DNA of 64,000 nt from Dehalococcoidia bacterium (lineage in GTDB: Bacteria > Chloroflexota > Dehalococcoidia > Lucifugimonadales > QGNO01). The DNA lies in NCBI GenBank assembly GCA_965261445.1, contig CBDHCW010000011.1, forward strand, positions 967 to 64,966, in the 5' to 3' direction. Of the stretch, positions 61,258 through 64,000 are shown one piece after another. The position numbers and the translations under genes are program-made. A model generated the notes under the pieces. That model worked only from the letters and a program-made list of their open reading frames with translations. It ran no database searches and was not told where the DNA came from. Numbering within the stretch: the stretch's first letter is position 1; the number at the start of each line of letters is the position of its first letter.

Positions 61258-62523
61258 ATGCATCAAAAAACAGTTCTGGACAACGGCATCCGCCTGCTGA
61301 CCGCGTCCATGCCGCATACCCGCTCGGTATCGATGTGCATATACGTAGGCAGCGGCTCACGCTACGAGGACAACGAGCATGCGGGGATTTCGCACTTCCT
61401 GGAGCACATGCTGTTCAAGGGCACGCCTCGCAGGCAGTCCGCCGCCGAGATCACCGGAGCCATAGAGCAGGTGGGCGGCATGATGAACGGCAGCACGGAT
61501 CGTGAGATCACGGCCTACTGGTGCAAGGTGGCAACGCCCCACTTCGAACGGGCACTGGACGTCCTTGTCGACATGGTTCGCAACCCCTTGATGGAAGATG
61601 AAGAGGTGGGGAAGGAGCGCAGCGTCATCCAGGAAGAGCTGGCTATGTCGAACGATTATCCCGGCTATCGAGTGGAGATGCTCACCGACCAGATGCTCTG
61701 GCCGGACCATCCCATGGGGCGTGACGTCGGTGGCAGCAAGGAAACGGTCGATGGCATAACGCGGGAGATGATGACCGACTGGTTTCAGCACCAGTACGGG
61801 GCCAGCAACGTGGTGATCAGCATAGCGGGGAGCCTGTCCCATGAAGAGATGCTGAACGCCGTGGAGCCCATGGTCAAGGACTGGCCTCCTGGATCACCGT
61901 TTGGCTGGGAGCCGGCCGGCAACGGAAGCAGGCAGGAGCCACAAGCGCGCATGGAATACCGCAAGACGGAGCAGGCGCACTTGGCGCTCTCCCTTCCCGG
62001 CATCTCCACCCGCCATCCGCAGAGATATCCCATGGATATGATGAACGCGGTCATGGGAGAGGGGATGAGCAGCCGCCTCTTCCTAGAGGTACGGGAGAAA
62101 CGTGGACTGGCCTACGATATCCATAGCTCGGCTAGCCATTTTCGCGATACAGGTTCCATAACCATATATTTCGGCGTGGACCCCAAGAAAGCGCGCTACG
62201 CCATTGAGACGACGATTGAGGAGCTGCACCGTCTCAAGGAAGACATTTCGGAGGAAGACCTGCACCGGGCACGTGAGCTGGCCAAGGGCCGTTTGCTGCT
62301 GCGCATGGAGGACACCCGCGCCGTCGCCGCCTGGGCGGGCGCCCAAGAGCTCCTCCACAACGAGGTGCTCACCGTGGACCAGGTGGTGGAACGCGTGGAC
62401 GAGGTAACTACGGAAGACGTGAAGCGGGCGGCCAACCAGTTCCTGGCCAGAGACAAGCTGATCCTGGCGGTGGTAGGTCCGTACCGCAGCGACAAACAGT
62501 TCCAAAACGCAATCAAGATGTAA
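61258..62523 (+). CDS. M16 family zinc peptidase
   Basis: HFLEH motif, SRLF.EVREKRGLAY. Confidence 0.93.
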   Translation: MHQKTVLDNGIRLLTASMPHTRSVSMCIYVGSGSRYEDNEHAGISHFLEHMLFKGTPRRQSAAEITGAIEQVGGMMNGSTDREITAYWCKVATPHFERALDVLVDMVRNPLMEDEEVGKERSVIQEELAMSNDYPGYRVEMLTDQMLWPDHPMGRDVGGSKETVDGITREMMTDWFQHQYGASNVVISIAGSLSHEEMLNAVEPMVKDWPPGSPFGWEPAGNGSRQEPQARMEYRKTEQAHLALSLPGISTRHPQRYPMDMMNAVMGEGMSSRLFLEVREKRGLAYDIHSSASHFRDTGSITIYFGVDPKKARYAIETTIEELHRLKEDISEEDLHRARELAKGRLLLRMEDTRAVAAWAGAQELLHNEVLTVDQVVERVDEVTTEDVKRAANQFLARDKLILAVVGPYRSDKQFQNAIKM

Positions 62524-62558
62524 CGGCTCACCCCGTCATTTGCCAGCGCCGTCCTCCT

Positions 62559-62673
62559 CGTCATTGCGAGTAAGCGAAGCAATCCGGTGGGGTGCAATCC
62601 TCATTCCTACCCTCACACATTGGCCAGCCCCGCCACCAGGTTGCCACGCCACGATTCTATCGTGGCTCGCAAC
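62559..62673. repeat. CGTCATTGCGAG-type repeat pair (inverted arms)
   Basis: Arms at 62559-62584 and 62633-62673; the second nearly matches 63721-63761. Confidence 0.85.
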
Positions 62674-62679
62674 GGGGCA

Positions 62680-63144
62680 TCACCGCCCCTGTTCTCGCTG
62701 GGTCAGGGCGTAGGCTATCTTCTCCCGTGACGACATGCCGCTGAACTCCTGGTTCCCTCTTACCGGCGCACCGGAAGGGACGCGCTCCCCGACAATCTGA
62801 GCCTCGATTCGCCCGCGTACCTTCTCCACCATCTGCCGCGCACCGGCCAGGGAGGTTTCGACCTCTTCCGGCGATTCTCCCCCGACCAGCTCCTCCGGGA
62901 CATCGGGGGCGGCAGCGAGCAACGCTTCTCGGTAACGGGCGGTGGCCGAGGCAAGCCGGCTCTGCAGAGCCTCGATCTCTAGGTCGCGCTGTTCCAGGGC
63001 CGTGCGCAGCTCGGCAAGCTCTGCCTGCGCTTCGTCCGATGCCGTCTCCGCTGCTGGGGCTTCACCATCCTGGCCGGCAGACTCTACCATCGTCTCTTCA
63101 GAGGTTACTTCCTCCATGATCGCCTCCTCTTCTGCGTTATGCAC
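62680..63144 (-). CDS. Putative capsid scaffold-like protein
   Basis: Acidic N-terminus, coiled coil, VPSGAP.R...MSSREKIAYAL tail; lies downstream of a portal-like gene. Confidence 0.55.
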   Translation of the reverse strand: MHNAEEEAIMEEVTSEETMVESAGQDGEAPAAETASDEAQAELAELRTALEQRDLEIEALQSRLASATARYREALLAAAPDVPEELVGGESPEEVETSLAGARQMVEKVRGRIEAQIVGERVPSGAPVRGNQEFSGMSSREKIAYALTQREQGR

Positions 63145-63240
63145 TCAGGGTAAGCCGCAGCCGGCGGCTTGGGGAAGGGGGAGATGGCAGAGTGTCATTG
63201 GAGAGCAGGCGATGATAATCCCACATGGCGGTCATGGCGA

Positions 63241-63289
63241 GCGTCCATCGCAGTGCGGCGGCTATGGATCCCTGAGCCGACTAGCAACT
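63241..63289 (-). repeat. 49-bp diverged copy of the portal-like gene segment 63893-63941
   Basis: 45/49 identical; all four differences are at third codon positions. Confidence 0.9.
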
Positions 63290-63301
63290 TGGGCTTCACC
63301 A

Positions 63302-63391
63302 CCACCAGATTGCCACGCCCCGATTATCGGGGCTCGCAATGACGAGAAGCGGTTCCGGTGTCGTCATTGCGAGCGCCCAAGCGAAGCAATC
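63302..63391. repeat. Composite palindromic unit downstream of GIY-YIG
   Basis: GATTGCCACG...CTCGCAATGACG plus CGTCATTGCGAG...GCGAAGCAATC. Confidence 0.88.
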
Positions 63392-63412
63392 TGGTGGGGT
63401 GGGGCTGGCAGT

Positions 63413-63700
63413 CTACAGCTCGGTGCTCAGGTCTCGCCAAGCCGGATTCATTTTGTTGACCAACTCAATCTTTCGCCGGCGTGAGTATGCTTTAATTTGC
63501 TTCTCGTGGGCAATGGCGGCCTCCGCTGTTGCCGCTATTTCGTAATAAACAAGGTCGGTAACGTTGTACTTTGCGGCAAAACCGGACGTGAACTTCTCCT
63601 TGTGCTCGTAGACGCGGCGTGAAAGATTATTAGTCATCCCTGTATAGAGCACTGTTTTCCTGGGGTTGGTCATTATGTATATAAAGAAGGTCTTGTCCAT
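63413..63700 (-). CDS. Small stand-alone GIY-YIG nuclease (95 aa)
   Basis: FIYIMTN...LYTGMTNNLSRRVYEH...LVYYE...AIAHEKQIK...NPAWRDL. Confidence 0.9.
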   Translation of the reverse strand: MDKTFFIYIMTNPRKTVLYTGMTNNLSRRVYEHKEKFTSGFAAKYNVTDLVYYEIAATAEAAIAHEKQIKAYSRRRKIELVNKMNPAWRDLSTEL

Positions 63701-63720
63701 GCTAATCCATGTTGGCCCCG

Positions 63721-63813
63721 CCACCAGGTTGCCACGCCACGATTCTATCGTGACTCGCAACGACGAGGAGCGGGTTCCGTCACCGTCATTGCGAGCGTCA
63801 AAGCGAAGCAATC
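63721..63813. repeat. Composite palindromic unit upstream of GIY-YIG
   Basis: Direct repeat of 63302-63391. Confidence 0.88.
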
Positions 63814-63837
63814 CCCCCGGGGGGGGGGGGGCAATTC

Positions 63838-64000
63838 TCACCCCTCCTCTCGCACCTTGGCTAGCTCCGCCTCCGGGTCCGGCACGCCGAGGGCTTCCAT
63901 TGCGGTGCGGCGGCTGTGGATCCCTGAGCCGACTAGCAACTGCTCGTCGCGGACAAGGCGGCCCCTGTTCTGGGGCAGCACGGGTCCCCAGATTATCTCC
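63838..64000 (-). CDS. 3' end of a probable phage portal-like protein (partial; absent from the ORF track)
   Basis: Manual translation EIIWGPVLPQNRGRLVRDEQLLVGSGIHSRRTAMEALGVPDPEAELAKVREEG* resembles SPP1-type portal C-termini. Confidence 0.6.
   Translation of the reverse strand, partial: EIIWGPVLPQNRGRLVRDEQLLVGSGIHSRRTAMEALGVPDPEAELAKVREEG

Noticed and set aside
62559-63813. CRISPR array
   Set aside because: Repeats are few, variable, in both orientations and irregularly spaced; no cas genes are present
63241-63941. Diversity-generating retroelement TR/VR pair
   Set aside because: Mismatches are not adenine-specific on either strand, and no reverse transcriptase is in the window
1-64000. 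tRNA or rRNA genes
   Set aside because: No cloverleaf with a T-loop consensus or rRNA signature was recognised by eye; not tested with a scanner

Overview
A GC-rich 64 kb chromosomal segment whose gene content suggests Chloroflexota, class Dehalococcoidia (SAR202-like); this is an inference. Most of it is housekeeping: holB, lon, uppP, cmk-plsC-glmS, iscS, a Leu T-box-controlled ilvBNC-leuA-(TA module)-leuCD operon, tgt, thrS, infC-rpmI-rplT, moeA, pheT and pheS (separated), a MacAB-like ABC exporter, rimI, pcrA and an M16 peptidase. Accessory elements: two apparently identical 1313-bp IS3 copies (one disrupts a GmrSD-like DUF262/DUF1524 gene with an ATG target duplication, the other truncates a protease gene without one), a truncated RAYT transposase with GTAG REPs, and a small GIY-YIG nuclease bracketed by CGTCATT-type palindromes that recur across the window. 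The GIY-YIG gene lies between a portal-like gene end and a scaffold-like gene, a possible domesticated capsid or GTA module. The strongest leads are (i) the GIY-YIG/palindrome system with its neighbouring copied portal fragments, (ii) a non-coding element found twice (about 31.8-32.0 kb and 46.1-46.3 kb) with promoter-like motifs and flanking direct repeats, (iii) repeated duplication of gene 3' ends around small inserts, and (iv) a ThrC-like/NIL/ubiquitin-like (GG-SF) operon with a structured leader. Three +1 frameshifts in short homopolymers (leuA, vapC, thrC-like) look like sequencing errors. All family calls come from motif recognition by eye; no database search was run.
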